A stretch of 64,000 bases of DNA from Pyrinomonadaceae bacterium (lineage in GTDB: Bacteria; Acidobacteriota; Blastocatellia; Pyrinomonadales; Pyrinomonadaceae), in the NCBI GenBank assembly GCA_036387475.1, contig DASVTR010000020.1, positions 117,870-181,869 on the forward strand. The letters are read 5' to 3'. Below the pieces are notes generated by a model. That model made no database searches, was not told the DNA's origin, and saw only the letters and a list, made by a program, of their open reading frames with translations. Both the position numbers and the translations under genes were made by a program. This document shows, one piece after another, positions 17,929-26,765 of this stretch (position 1 is its first letter; each line of letters opens with the position of its first letter).

Positions 17929-19235
17929 TGGTCGCCCTCCCTCTGTTCTTCGCCGTCCAGATGCACTTGCTGGTCGCGGCCCGCGCCGTAGCCGCCCACG
18001 GCGTAGAGTCGATCCTTCGGGTTGTTGCGGTCAAACACACGCACGCCTTCGACGTATGTTTCCAACACTTTCGTATAAACACTCAAGGGGTCGCCGCTGA
18101 GCAATATGAAGTCTGCATCTTTCCCTGCTTCGAGCGAACCCGTGCGCTCTTGCAGGTCTAGCATCCGCGCGCCCGCGAGCGTCATCGCATAGAGCGCCTT
18201 GTCGCGCGGCATTCCTGCGCGCACGGCCAGCGCCGCCTGCCGCAGGAAGAGACGAGAATCCGTGATGTAGTCATCCGTGTGAAAGCCTACGAGCACACCG
18301 GCGCGGTTCAACGCTTCGCCGGTCTTGAGCGAAGCATCCATCGCTTCGAGTTTTCCGCCGGGGCTGTCGATGACGATGACGGAGGCGGGCGCTTTCGCTT
18401 TCGCAATCTCGCCGGGAACCTTCCAGCCTTCGGAGACGTGATGAAGGACGACGCGAAAGTTGAACTCGCGTGCCAACCGGAGCACTGTCAGAATGTCGTC
18501 CGCGCGGTGCGTGTGAAAGTGTACGGTTCGACGGCCTTCGAGGACTTCCGTCAAAGCTTCCATCGCTAAATCACGCGAGGGCAGCTTCGCGGCGTCTCCC
18601 TTCGCGCGTCGAATCTTGTCGCGGTACTCCTGCGCCTTCGTTAATTGCTCTCGCAGAAGCGCGGCACTCTTGGCGCGCGTGCCCGGAAACGGCGGGTTGC
18701 CGATGGGGTTCGTACCGTTCGCCATCTTGATGCCTCCGGCGATGTTGCCCTGCGCGTCCTTTATCAAGAGGTCGTCAACGTTCTCTCCGCTTCTTAACTT
18801 CAGATACAAGGTCTGGCCGCTCAGCAAGTGGCCCGAACCCGGCATCACGTTGACGGTCGTAATGCCTCCGGCGCGGGCGCGCTTTAAGCTCGTATCGCGC
18901 GGGTTGAAAGAATCCAGCAAGCGCACTTCGGGTTGAATCGGTGCTGATTGATCGCCGCCGGAGCCGCCGCCAATGTGGCTGTGCGAATCAACAAGGCCGG
19001 GCATAATGACCATTCCAACGACTTCGCGCACCTGCGCGCCCGCCGGAATCGTCGTTCTGTCTCTAGCTCCGACAGAGACTATCTTTCCCCTCTGCACGAC
19101 GAGCACGCCGTCTGTGATGACAGGGCCGCTGATGGGAATAATCTGCGCGCCGACGAAGGCTTGCGCCTGTTCCTGCGCGCGCGCAGGCGCGACCGCAAAG
19201 AACAACGCGCAGATGATTGCAATAAGCAGTTTCAT
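17925..19235 (-). CDS. periplasmic amidohydrolase family protein (COG1228-like)
   Basis: AAGGAG before ATG 19233-19235. Signal peptide, GLVDSHSHIG metal motif, GKDADFILLSGDP. ATGA overlap with the downstream paralog. Confidence 0.8.
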   Translation of the reverse strand: MKLLIAIICALFFAVAPARAQEQAQAFVGAQIIPISGPVITDGVLVVQRGKIVSVGARDRTTIPAGAQVREVVGMVIMPGLVDSHSHIGGGSGGDQSAPIQPEVRLLDSFNPRDTSLKRARAGGITTVNVMPGSGHLLSGQTLYLKLRSGENVDDLLIKDAQGNIAGGIKMANGTNPIGNPPFPGTRAKSAALLREQLTKAQEYRDKIRRAKGDAAKLPSRDLAMEALTEVLEGRRTVHFHTHRADDILTVLRLAREFNFRVVLHHVSEGWKVPGEIAKAKAPASVIVIDSPGGKLEAMDASLKTGEALNRAGVLVGFHTDDYITDSRLFLRQAALAVRAGMPRDKALYAMTLAGARMLDLQERTGSLEAGKDADFILLSGDPLSVYTKVLETYVEGVRVFDRNNPKDRLYAVGGYGAGRDQQVHLDGEEQREGDQ

Positions 19236-19395
19236 CTTTCGCTCCTTTTCATCTTTCACACTTGCTGGCTGAAAACTTACGCAGCTATTCGTCCAGAGTC
19301 AACCCAAGCCCTTGACGCTATTCTGTAGTCGCACTATCTTCGCAGACGTTTACCCTGCGCCCCGACGCTAATCTTGGCGGAGCTTTTTACAAGGC

Positions 19396-20814
19396 ATGTC
19401 ATCACAACCCTCGATTGTTCAGCCGGCGTGGACGATTCCCGGCTATCTGGAAGCGCGCGCCAGTCATTTGAGCATTGACGGCGTTGACGCGCTCAGTCTC
19501 GCCGCCGAATACGACACGCCGCTCTTCGTCTTTTCCGAACAGCGTATCCGTTCAAACATACGGCGCTTGCAGCAGGCCGCAGCCGCGGTCGAACGCCCTG
19601 TGCGTTTCTGCTATGCCTCGAAGGCCAACTCAAACATGGCCGTGCTCAGAACCGTGCGCGATGCTGGCATTGACATCGAAGTCAACAGCGGCGGCGAACT
19701 CTTCAAAGCCCTGCGCATAGGCTTTCGCCCGGAACAAATCATCTTCAACGGCACGAGCAAAACGGATGCCGAATTGGACGAAGCCGTGCGCGCAGGAATT
19801 TACTCAATCAACGTTGATTCAATTTACGAGATTGAGCTAGTCGAAGCTGCTGCCCGAAGACTGGGCAAGCGAGCGCGCATCGCACTTCGGTTAACGCCGG
19901 AAATCGGCACGCGCTCACATCTCGGACTACAGACCGCGCTGCTCACTTCCAAGTTTGGCATCTCATATTCCGAAGTGCTCGACGCTTTCCGGCGCGGCCT
20001 GCGCCATCCAGACCTCGTACACGTCTGCGGCATACACATACACGTCGGCTCGCAGACGCCCGATGTCGAGCCGTTTGCAGACGCCTTCAAAATGATGTGG
20101 GAGCATCTCGTCACGGTCAATCGTGAGACGGGGCACACGCTCGAACACATCAACTTGGGCGGCGGGATTCCAGTTAATTACCTGCGCGACGCTTCGCTGG
20201 CAGACCAGCTTCCAGAACACGAGCGCGACATGCTCGGCGCAGAGCTTGAGCCTGCTGACGTGCTGGCCGCTGCGCTTCGTGCCGCACGCGAATCGGCTCG
20301 CGCGGCTCATGCCGAACACCTGCTCGACGGCGTAGCCATCCTGCTTGAGCCGGGCCGCAGTATCATCGCCGATGCAGGGCTGGTCTTGACCACCGTGCGC
20401 AACATCAAGCGGCGACCCGAAACCTGCGACACGTGGCTGCTGACGGACGCGGGCTATAACCTCTTGCTCTCGATGAACAATTACAAGTGGTACTACCACC
20501 TGATTTCCGCTTCGCGCGCCGATGCAGCGCACGAGCCGTTGTACAAGGTCGCCGGGCCGCTCTGCGATTCCGGCGATGTCTATTTCGACATAGAGCAGGA
20601 GGGACGCCTGCCAGACTATCGTAAACTGCCAGCCGATGTTCAGCCCGGCGAAGTGCTGGCGCTTCTTAATAGCGGCGCTTACTCGCTCGCGCAGATGTTT
20701 CCTTATAACGGACGGCCACTGCCCGCCGCCGTAATGATTCGCTCGAACAGCAAAGTTGATTTGATACGCCGCCGTGATACTTACGAAGACTTGTTAACGA
20801 ACGATATTTGGTAA
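19396..20814 (+). CDS. type III PLP-dependent decarboxylase (diaminopimelate/ornithine/arginine decarboxylase family)
   Basis: YASKANSN (PLP Lys), NLGGGIPVNY, EPGRSIIADAG, GPLCDSGD. Confidence 0.8.
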   Translation: MSSQPSIVQPAWTIPGYLEARASHLSIDGVDALSLAAEYDTPLFVFSEQRIRSNIRRLQQAAAAVERPVRFCYASKANSNMAVLRTVRDAGIDIEVNSGGELFKALRIGFRPEQIIFNGTSKTDAELDEAVRAGIYSINVDSIYEIELVEAAARRLGKRARIALRLTPEIGTRSHLGLQTALLTSKFGISYSEVLDAFRRGLRHPDLVHVCGIHIHVGSQTPDVEPFADAFKMMWEHLVTVNRETGHTLEHINLGGGIPVNYLRDASLADQLPEHERDMLGAELEPADVLAAALRAARESARAAHAEHLLDGVAILLEPGRSIIADAGLVLTTVRNIKRRPETCDTWLLTDAGYNLLLSMNNYKWYYHLISASRADAAHEPLYKVAGPLCDSGDVYFDIEQEGRLPDYRKLPADVQPGEVLALLNSGAYSLAQMFPYNGRPLPAAVMIRSNSKVDLIRRRDTYEDLLTNDIW

Positions 20815-20868
20815 CAATGCCGGACGGTAAATCGTCAAACTCGTCAGTAAGATAAAGGCCAACGTTAT

Positions 20869-22398
20869 ATGTCAATGCCTGCGCGCAGCAACATTACACT
20901 TATTCGCGGCCTGACTTTGATTGCCGCCGCATCAATCGTTATCGGCAACGTCATCGGGACGGGCGTTTTTTTGAAGACGCGTGTGATGACCTGCAACGTC
21001 GGGACGCCGGGCATGGTCATCACGGTTTGGATTGCGGCGGGCATACTAAGCCTTGCGGGTGCGCTCACCTATGCGGAGTTGGCGGCGATGATGCCGCGCG
21101 CTGGCGGCGAGTATGTGTTTGTGCGCGAGGCTTACGGCGCGCCGCTCGGTTTTCTCTACGGTTGGATGCAGGTCTTCATCGCCAAGACCGGCTCGCAGGC
21201 TTCGGTCGCCGTGGCGCTCGCCATCTTTCTCAACGACCTGACGGGCGGACGCCTTAATCATATCTATTACACGCTAAAAATTCCCAGTTTCGATCTCTTC
21301 TTTTTCACTTTTCCCGGTTACCAAATTCCCTTCGGCGACTTACAGGTGGTCGCGCTCTCAGCCATCCTCATCGTCACGCTGATTAACTGCGCGACCGTCA
21401 AGGTCAGCGGCAACATCGCTGCCTTTCTGACCGTAATAAAAATCGCGCTCGTGCTTGGCGTCGGCTTCGGCGCGTTTCTGCTGGCGCGCGGCGGCGACTG
21501 GGCACACTTTTCGCAGTCCAATGTCCAGTGTCCGGCGCTTCCTGACATTGCCCTGTGGACTTTGGACTGCGGCAGGTGTTTCGGTGTCAACGATGCGGCG
21601 CGTTACGGGATGGCTGGATTCGGAGCGGCGATGCTCGGCGCGCTCTGGGGCTACGACGGCTGGAATAATCTGACGCTCGTTGCGGGCGAGGTTAAAAATC
21701 CGCAGCGCAATATTCCGCTGGCTTTAATCGGCGGAATGTTCATCATCATCTCGCTCTACGTCTTCGTCAACATCGCCTACTTTTACGCGCTCGACCCGAC
21801 GACAATTGCCGGCATCACTAAAGAATCTTCCGTTGCCAGAGAGGTCGCACTGACTTTTCTCGGCCCGGTCGCTATCAGCCTAATGGCCGCTGCGTTGATG
21901 TCTTCATCCATTGGAACCCTACATACTTCTATCTTGACAGGGGCGCGCGTGCCTTACGCCATGTCGCGCGACCGGCTCTTTTTTCAAAACCTCGCGCGGC
22001 TTAGCCCGCGTACACACGTGCCCATCGGTGCGTTGATAGTGCAAGGCATCTGGGCCAGCATCCTCGCGCTTTCCGGGTCTTTTGACACGCTGACCGATTA
22101 CGTTATCTTCGGCTCTTGGATTTTCTACGGATTGGTGACGGCATCCGTCTTCATCTTCCGCCGACGGATGCCAAACGCCGAAAGGCCGTATCGTGCGTGG
22201 GGCTACCCCGTAGTGCCCGCGCTCTTTCTGCTCGTCACAGCATGGCTGCTGATTAATACGCTGCTGACAACGCCCGTGCAGGCGCTCATCGGGATAGGGC
22301 TGATTCTACTGGGCCTGCCCGTTTATTACTACTGGGCACACCATAACCGCGTCACCTATCAGGGAGCGCCGCTTGAGGATGAAGAGGAACATTCCTGA
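20869..22398 (+). CDS. APC superfamily amino acid permease
   Basis: 509 aa with about 12 TM segments and the typical GTGVFL / AELAAMMPRAGGEY motifs. Confidence 0.85.
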   Translation: MSMPARSNITLIRGLTLIAAASIVIGNVIGTGVFLKTRVMTCNVGTPGMVITVWIAAGILSLAGALTYAELAAMMPRAGGEYVFVREAYGAPLGFLYGWMQVFIAKTGSQASVAVALAIFLNDLTGGRLNHIYYTLKIPSFDLFFFTFPGYQIPFGDLQVVALSAILIVTLINCATVKVSGNIAAFLTVIKIALVLGVGFGAFLLARGGDWAHFSQSNVQCPALPDIALWTLDCGRCFGVNDAARYGMAGFGAAMLGALWGYDGWNNLTLVAGEVKNPQRNIPLALIGGMFIIISLYVFVNIAYFYALDPTTIAGITKESSVAREVALTFLGPVAISLMAAALMSSSIGTLHTSILTGARVPYAMSRDRLFFQNLARLSPRTHVPIGALIVQGIWASILALSGSFDTLTDYVIFGSWIFYGLVTASVFIFRRRMPNAERPYRAWGYPVVPALFLLVTAWLLINTLLTTPVQALIGIGLILLGLPVYYYWAHHNRVTYQGAPLEDEEEHS

Positions 22399-22409
22399 GC
22401 TAAATTGAA

Positions 22410-22757
22410 ATGATGACCGTAGAGCGAAGAAGGGCTGAACGCGTCCGTGTTAATCTGGATGTTGTATACGCCGACCAGTCTCGCCAGCATAAAGGCACTA
22501 TCAGCGACATCAGCACGAGTGGTTGCTTCATCCTCGCAGCAACCGAAGAGCCGACCGCCGAGCCGATTACCGTCATCATCGAACTGCCGAGCAAAAAGAC
22601 CGTCAGGCTCACGGGCGATGTCGTCTACAACACGCCTGAGATAGGATTTGCCATACACTTTAAGGAACTGCCCGCCATCGGACTAAGCTTTATCGAAAAG
22701 CTGGTCAAGCGCTTTAACCAGACCGAGAGCCAGCCGGACAAAGGCAATGGGCAATAG
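22410..22757 (+). CDS. PilZ domain protein
   Basis: RRRAERVRV ... DISTSGCFI motif pair. Confidence 0.7.
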   Translation: MMTVERRRAERVRVNLDVVYADQSRQHKGTISDISTSGCFILAATEEPTAEPITVIIELPSKKTVRLTGDVVYNTPEIGFAIHFKELPAIGLSFIEKLVKRFNQTESQPDKGNGQ

Positions 22758-22789
22758 CTCGCCTCTCATCTTCAAACAAGGCGCGCCCT

Positions 22790-24295
22790 TCAGACCAACT
22801 CGCGTGCGGCGAGTGCTTCGCGCGCCACTTCCTTATCGTCGAAGTGAAAAGTCTCGCGCCCGATGATCTGGTAATCCTCGTGTCCCTTTCCGGCTATTAA
22901 GACTAAATCCCCGGAGCGGGCTTCTGCGATAGCGCGCTTGATAGCGCTGCGGCGGTCTGCGATTTTTTCATACGGCTTCGCCGAAGACCTGATTCCCGTT
23001 TCAACCTCGTTGAGTATTTTTTCGGGGTCTTCTGTGCGCGGATTGTCTGATGTGAGTATCACCACATCGCTGAGGCTGGCGGCGGCTTCACCCATCGGCG
23101 CACGCTTGGAATGATCGCGGTCGCCGCCGCAGCCAAACACTGTGATGATTCTCCCGCCCGTCACATCGCGCGCCGTGCCGAGGACGTTCAAGAGTGCGTC
23201 GTCCGAATGCGCGTAATCCACTACGACCGCAAAGTCGCCCCTGTGCGGCACACGCTCGAAGCGGCCCGGCGCGCCCGCGCAAGTAGAAATCGCACGCGCT
23301 ATCACGTCCAGGTCGTAGCCTAATTCAAGACCCGTAGCGGTGGCGGCGAGAATGTTGTAGATGTGCGGGCGGCCCACCAGCGGCGAGTGTAGGCTTCGCT
23401 CGCCTGCGGGCGTACGCAAGCGAAACTCCATACCTTCGAGCGAATGCCGCACGTCTGTGGCCGTCACGTCCGACTCTTCATTGAGCGCATAGCGCACCAC
23501 GCGCCCGCCGCCCTGCTCCAACTCAAACGCCAGCTTCAGGCCGCGCTCGTCGTCCACGTTGATGACGGAGGCGCGCGGCGGTTGGCCCAGGCTGCCGTCG
23601 AAGAGGCGGCGCTTGGCGGCAAAGTAAGCGTCCATTGTGCCGTGATAATCGAGATGGTCGCGCGTCAGGTTGGTGAAGACCGCGACGCTGTAAAGAAGCG
23701 CATCGCAGCGGTGCAAATCAATTGCCTGCGAAGAACTCTCCATGACAGCGGTGCGGCATCCCTTTTCGACGGCGCGGCGCAAGAGCCGCTGCATGTCTGT
23801 CGCTTCGGGCGTCGTGCGCTCGGCCTTTATGCGCTCGTCTCCGATGCGATACTCGACCGTTGTAGTCATCGCCAAAGGCTCGCCCGCAGCCTGCGCGATG
23901 GCGGCGACCAAGTAAGTCGTCGTCGTCTTACCGTTAGTTCCGGTGATGCCTGCGAGTTGAAGCTCACGGCTCGGATGTCCGTGCACTTCGGCGGCGGCCA
24001 GCGCCATCGCGCGTCGCACGTCCGAGACTTCGAGCCATGCTCCCGCGAAATCTTCCGGGCGCGGCAATTCGGAAATGACGCCGATTGCTCCCCGCTTCAT
24101 CACGTCTGCGACGAAGCGGTGTGCGTCCAATAGTGCGCCACGCACGGCGACGAACAGCGAGCCGTCGCGCGCCTGCCGCGAATCATGCGTCACGTCCACG
24201 ACGATTCGCGCGCCGTCTCCCGTCAGCTTTCCGCCCGTCGCCCGCGCCACATCTGCCACCGTCACTATTTGCTGCTGCATCATCTGTTCAGACAC
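22790..24295 (-). CDS. murE: UDP-N-acetylmuramoyl-L-alanyl-D-glutamate--2,6-diaminopimelate ligase
   Basis: GITGTNGKTTT, DYAHSDDAL, LTSDNPRTEDP (DNPR, the meso-DAP type). Confidence 0.9.
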   Translation of the reverse strand: MSEQMMQQQIVTVADVARATGGKLTGDGARIVVDVTHDSRQARDGSLFVAVRGALLDAHRFVADVMKRGAIGVISELPRPEDFAGAWLEVSDVRRAMALAAAEVHGHPSRELQLAGITGTNGKTTTTYLVAAIAQAAGEPLAMTTTVEYRIGDERIKAERTTPEATDMQRLLRRAVEKGCRTAVMESSSQAIDLHRCDALLYSVAVFTNLTRDHLDYHGTMDAYFAAKRRLFDGSLGQPPRASVINVDDERGLKLAFELEQGGGRVVRYALNEESDVTATDVRHSLEGMEFRLRTPAGERSLHSPLVGRPHIYNILAATATGLELGYDLDVIARAISTCAGAPGRFERVPHRGDFAVVVDYAHSDDALLNVLGTARDVTGGRIITVFGCGGDRDHSKRAPMGEAAASLSDVVILTSDNPRTEDPEKILNEVETGIRSSAKPYEKIADRRSAIKRAIAEARSGDLVLIAGKGHEDYQIIGRETFHFDDKEVAREALAARELV

Positions 24296-24364
24296 TCGCT
24301 ACCATCCAATTTGAATCTACCAACTAACTTGCGCCCCTCCGGCGCTTCGCATCATAGCCCAAGA

Positions 24365-24490
24365 AACGATGAACGCGGAACGCTCACCTCAGTAATCAGT
24401 TTTCGGTTTTCAGTTTTCAGCACAGACCAGTTGCTACTTTCTGAAAACTGAAAACTCAAAACTCTAAACTGAGTTCATCGTTCCGCGTTC
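24365..24490. repeat. nested heptamer hairpin (outer GATGAAC family, inner CAGTTTT family)
   Basis: gaacgcggaacg (24371-24382) pairs with cgttccgcgttc (24479-24490). cagttttcggttttcagttttcag (24397-24420) pairs with ctgaaaactgaaaac... (24441-24471). Confidence 0.8.
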
Positions 24491-24725
24491 CTCCTTCATC
24501 CTTGCTCTTCAGTCGGTCACACTTTTCAATCTGACCGACGCGCTCGTTTCATCCTGACCGAAGGCGCTCGGTTGAACACCGCAAAGTACTCAAAACACGG
24601 CCTTTTTGGCTCATTTCCGCATGGAATGAGGCTTGCAGTCTATTTCGGCGCTGAGCCGCGCGGCCTCACCTGCTGCCAGCACTCGTCAAGCGCTTCGTGG
24701 GATTCCTTCCAGTAGGAAATTAAAG

Positions 24726-26675
24726 ATGAAAGCGGTCGAACGGTTGTCAACACTCAAATCGATACTGAGCCTGTCGCTGGCCGTCTCCCTGTGCATGGGG
24801 ATTTTGATTGGCGACGTGGCTCGTGCCGCTTCCCCACTTGCAGCTACGCAAAATCTCGCCAACGATGTGACGAAAACGGATAAAGTAGCCCCCGGCTTAC
24901 GCGAGCGTTTGCGGGCCAACCCCAAGGGCGAAGACAGGGTTGAGATTATCCTTCAACTCGAAGGCGAAGCGAGCGGCCAACTCAATGCGCTCCTGAACCG
25001 CAACGGCGTTCGTGTTCGCAAGCTCTTCAAAAATCTCAACTCAAGAACAGTCGAGCTTCCCATAAGCGTCGTCGAGGAACTGGCAGACTACAGCGAAGTC
25101 TCTTACATCTCCCTTGACACTAAAGTCGCCACGATGGGCCATCTGGCGACGACGACCGGCGCGGCTGCACGTCGCACGCAGACCAGCAACACTGGCACGA
25201 ATTATCAACTGGACGGCACAGGCGTCGGCATCGCCATCGTTGATTCTGGAATCTACGCTCAACACAAATCGTTTCTCAATGCTGCGGGAAGCTCGCGCGT
25301 CATCTTCAGCCAGGACTTTACGGGCGAGAACCGGACGGACGACCCTTACGGCCACGGCACGCACGTCGCCGGGATGGCCGCCGGAAGCAAGCAATACTAC
25401 AACGGCGCTTACAGCGGCGTTGCGCCCAATGCCAACCTGATTAACCTGCGCGTGCTCAATAAGGACGGAGTGGGCAAGACCTCCGTCGTCCTGGGTGCGC
25501 TTGACTGGATTCTCTCCAATCACGCCGCCTACAACATACGCGTCGTCAACCTGAGCCTCGGCGCACCGGCGATTGACTCTTACAGAAATGACCCGCTGTG
25601 CAGGGCCGTTCGTCGCCTCGTGGACGCAGGGCTGGTCATTGTTGCCGCCGCCGGTAACGACGGGAAAGATAGCTCAGGACAGAAACTCTACGGACGCATA
25701 CACACGCCCGGCAACGAGCCTGCGGCCATCACCGTCGGCGCGGCCAACTCTTACGGCACGGATTCGCGCGCAGATGATTCAATCGCTACCTATAGCTCGC
25801 GCGGGCCGACACGCTCTTACTGGACAGATGTGGCGGGCGCTAAGCATTACGACCACCTCGTCAAGCCTGACATCGTCGCGCCCGGCAACAAGATCGTCTC
25901 ATCGGAAGCGCCAGACAATTTGCTCGTGCAGCAGAGTCCGAATCTGGACGCTAACCTGACAAACGACCCCACGAATAAGATGATGTTCATGAGCGGCACT
26001 TCGATGGCGACGCCCGCCGCCGCAGGCGCAGCCGCCATGCTGCTGCAACTGAATCCGAAGCTCACGCCAAACCTCGTCAAGATGCTCTTGATGTACACGG
26101 CGCAGCCGCTCTCCGGCTTTAATCACTTAGAGCAGGGCGCGGGCCAACTTAACTTAGCTGGTGCGGTTGACCTCGGAAAAATCGTCCGTACAGACCTCAC
26201 GGCGACGACCACGCTCGGCGCGCCGCTGCTCTCGACGAAAACCACGCCGCTCTCTCAATCCACAATCGCCAACTACACCTTCACATGGTCGCAGGGTTTG
26301 ATTCTGAATCAGAACTATGCAAAGGGCGTCGAGTTGATTACGAAGTATCAGAAGGTCTACGGCAAGGGCACGCTGCTGGGCGACGGCGCACGACTGAATA
26401 ACGGAGTGATGCTCGTCGATGCGATGAAGCTTTCGAGCGGAGTGATGCTCGGCGATAGTATTCTCAAGAGCAACGGCATGATGATTGGCGAAGGGACGTT
26501 TTTTCTTGGCGCGGGCGTGATGCTCGGAGACGGAGTAATGCTCGGTGATGGCGTCATGCTGGGCGATGGAGTAATGCTCGGCGATAGCTATTTGGCCGAT
26601 GGCGTGATGCTCGGCGATAGCATCCTGGCCCATTCAATTTTAACCGGCGGCGACGCCACATCATCTATGTGGTAG
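24726..26675 (+). CDS. secreted S8 (subtilisin family) serine peptidase with a C-terminal GVMLGD hexapeptide-repeat extension
   Basis: Catalytic triad contexts AIVDSGI, HGTHVAG, GTSMATP. Signal peptide after MKAVERL. Confidence 0.85.
   Translation: MKAVERLSTLKSILSLSLAVSLCMGILIGDVARAASPLAATQNLANDVTKTDKVAPGLRERLRANPKGEDRVEIILQLEGEASGQLNALLNRNGVRVRKLFKNLNSRTVELPISVVEELADYSEVSYISLDTKVATMGHLATTTGAAARRTQTSNTGTNYQLDGTGVGIAIVDSGIYAQHKSFLNAAGSSRVIFSQDFTGENRTDDPYGHGTHVAGMAAGSKQYYNGAYSGVAPNANLINLRVLNKDGVGKTSVVLGALDWILSNHAAYNIRVVNLSLGAPAIDSYRNDPLCRAVRRLVDAGLVIVAAAGNDGKDSSGQKLYGRIHTPGNEPAAITVGAANSYGTDSRADDSIATYSSRGPTRSYWTDVAGAKHYDHLVKPDIVAPGNKIVSSEAPDNLLVQQSPNLDANLTNDPTNKMMFMSGTSMATPAAAGAAAMLLQLNPKLTPNLVKMLLMYTAQPLSGFNHLEQGAGQLNLAGAVDLGKIVRTDLTATTTLGAPLLSTKTTPLSQSTIANYTFTWSQGLILNQNYAKGVELITKYQKVYGKGTLLGDGARLNNGVMLVDAMKLSSGVMLGDSILKSNGMMIGEGTFFLGAGVMLGDGVMLGDGVMLGDGVMLGDSYLADGVMLGDSILAHSILTGGDATSSMW
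26400..26640 (+). repeat. in-frame 18-nt (hexapeptide G-V-M-L-G-D) tandem repeats inside the S8 peptidase gene
   Basis: Four perfect consecutive GVMLGD units at 26514-26585, another at 26601-26618, and degenerate units from about 26400. The units differ at synonymous sites. Confidence 0.85.
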
Positions 26676-26765
26676 ACATCAGCACTGAGTCCGAAGTTAA
26701 GCGCGAGTGCAATTTCGATTAACCGTACGAACAAGGTCTGGAGTATTTGCTTGGAAGAGAAACTG

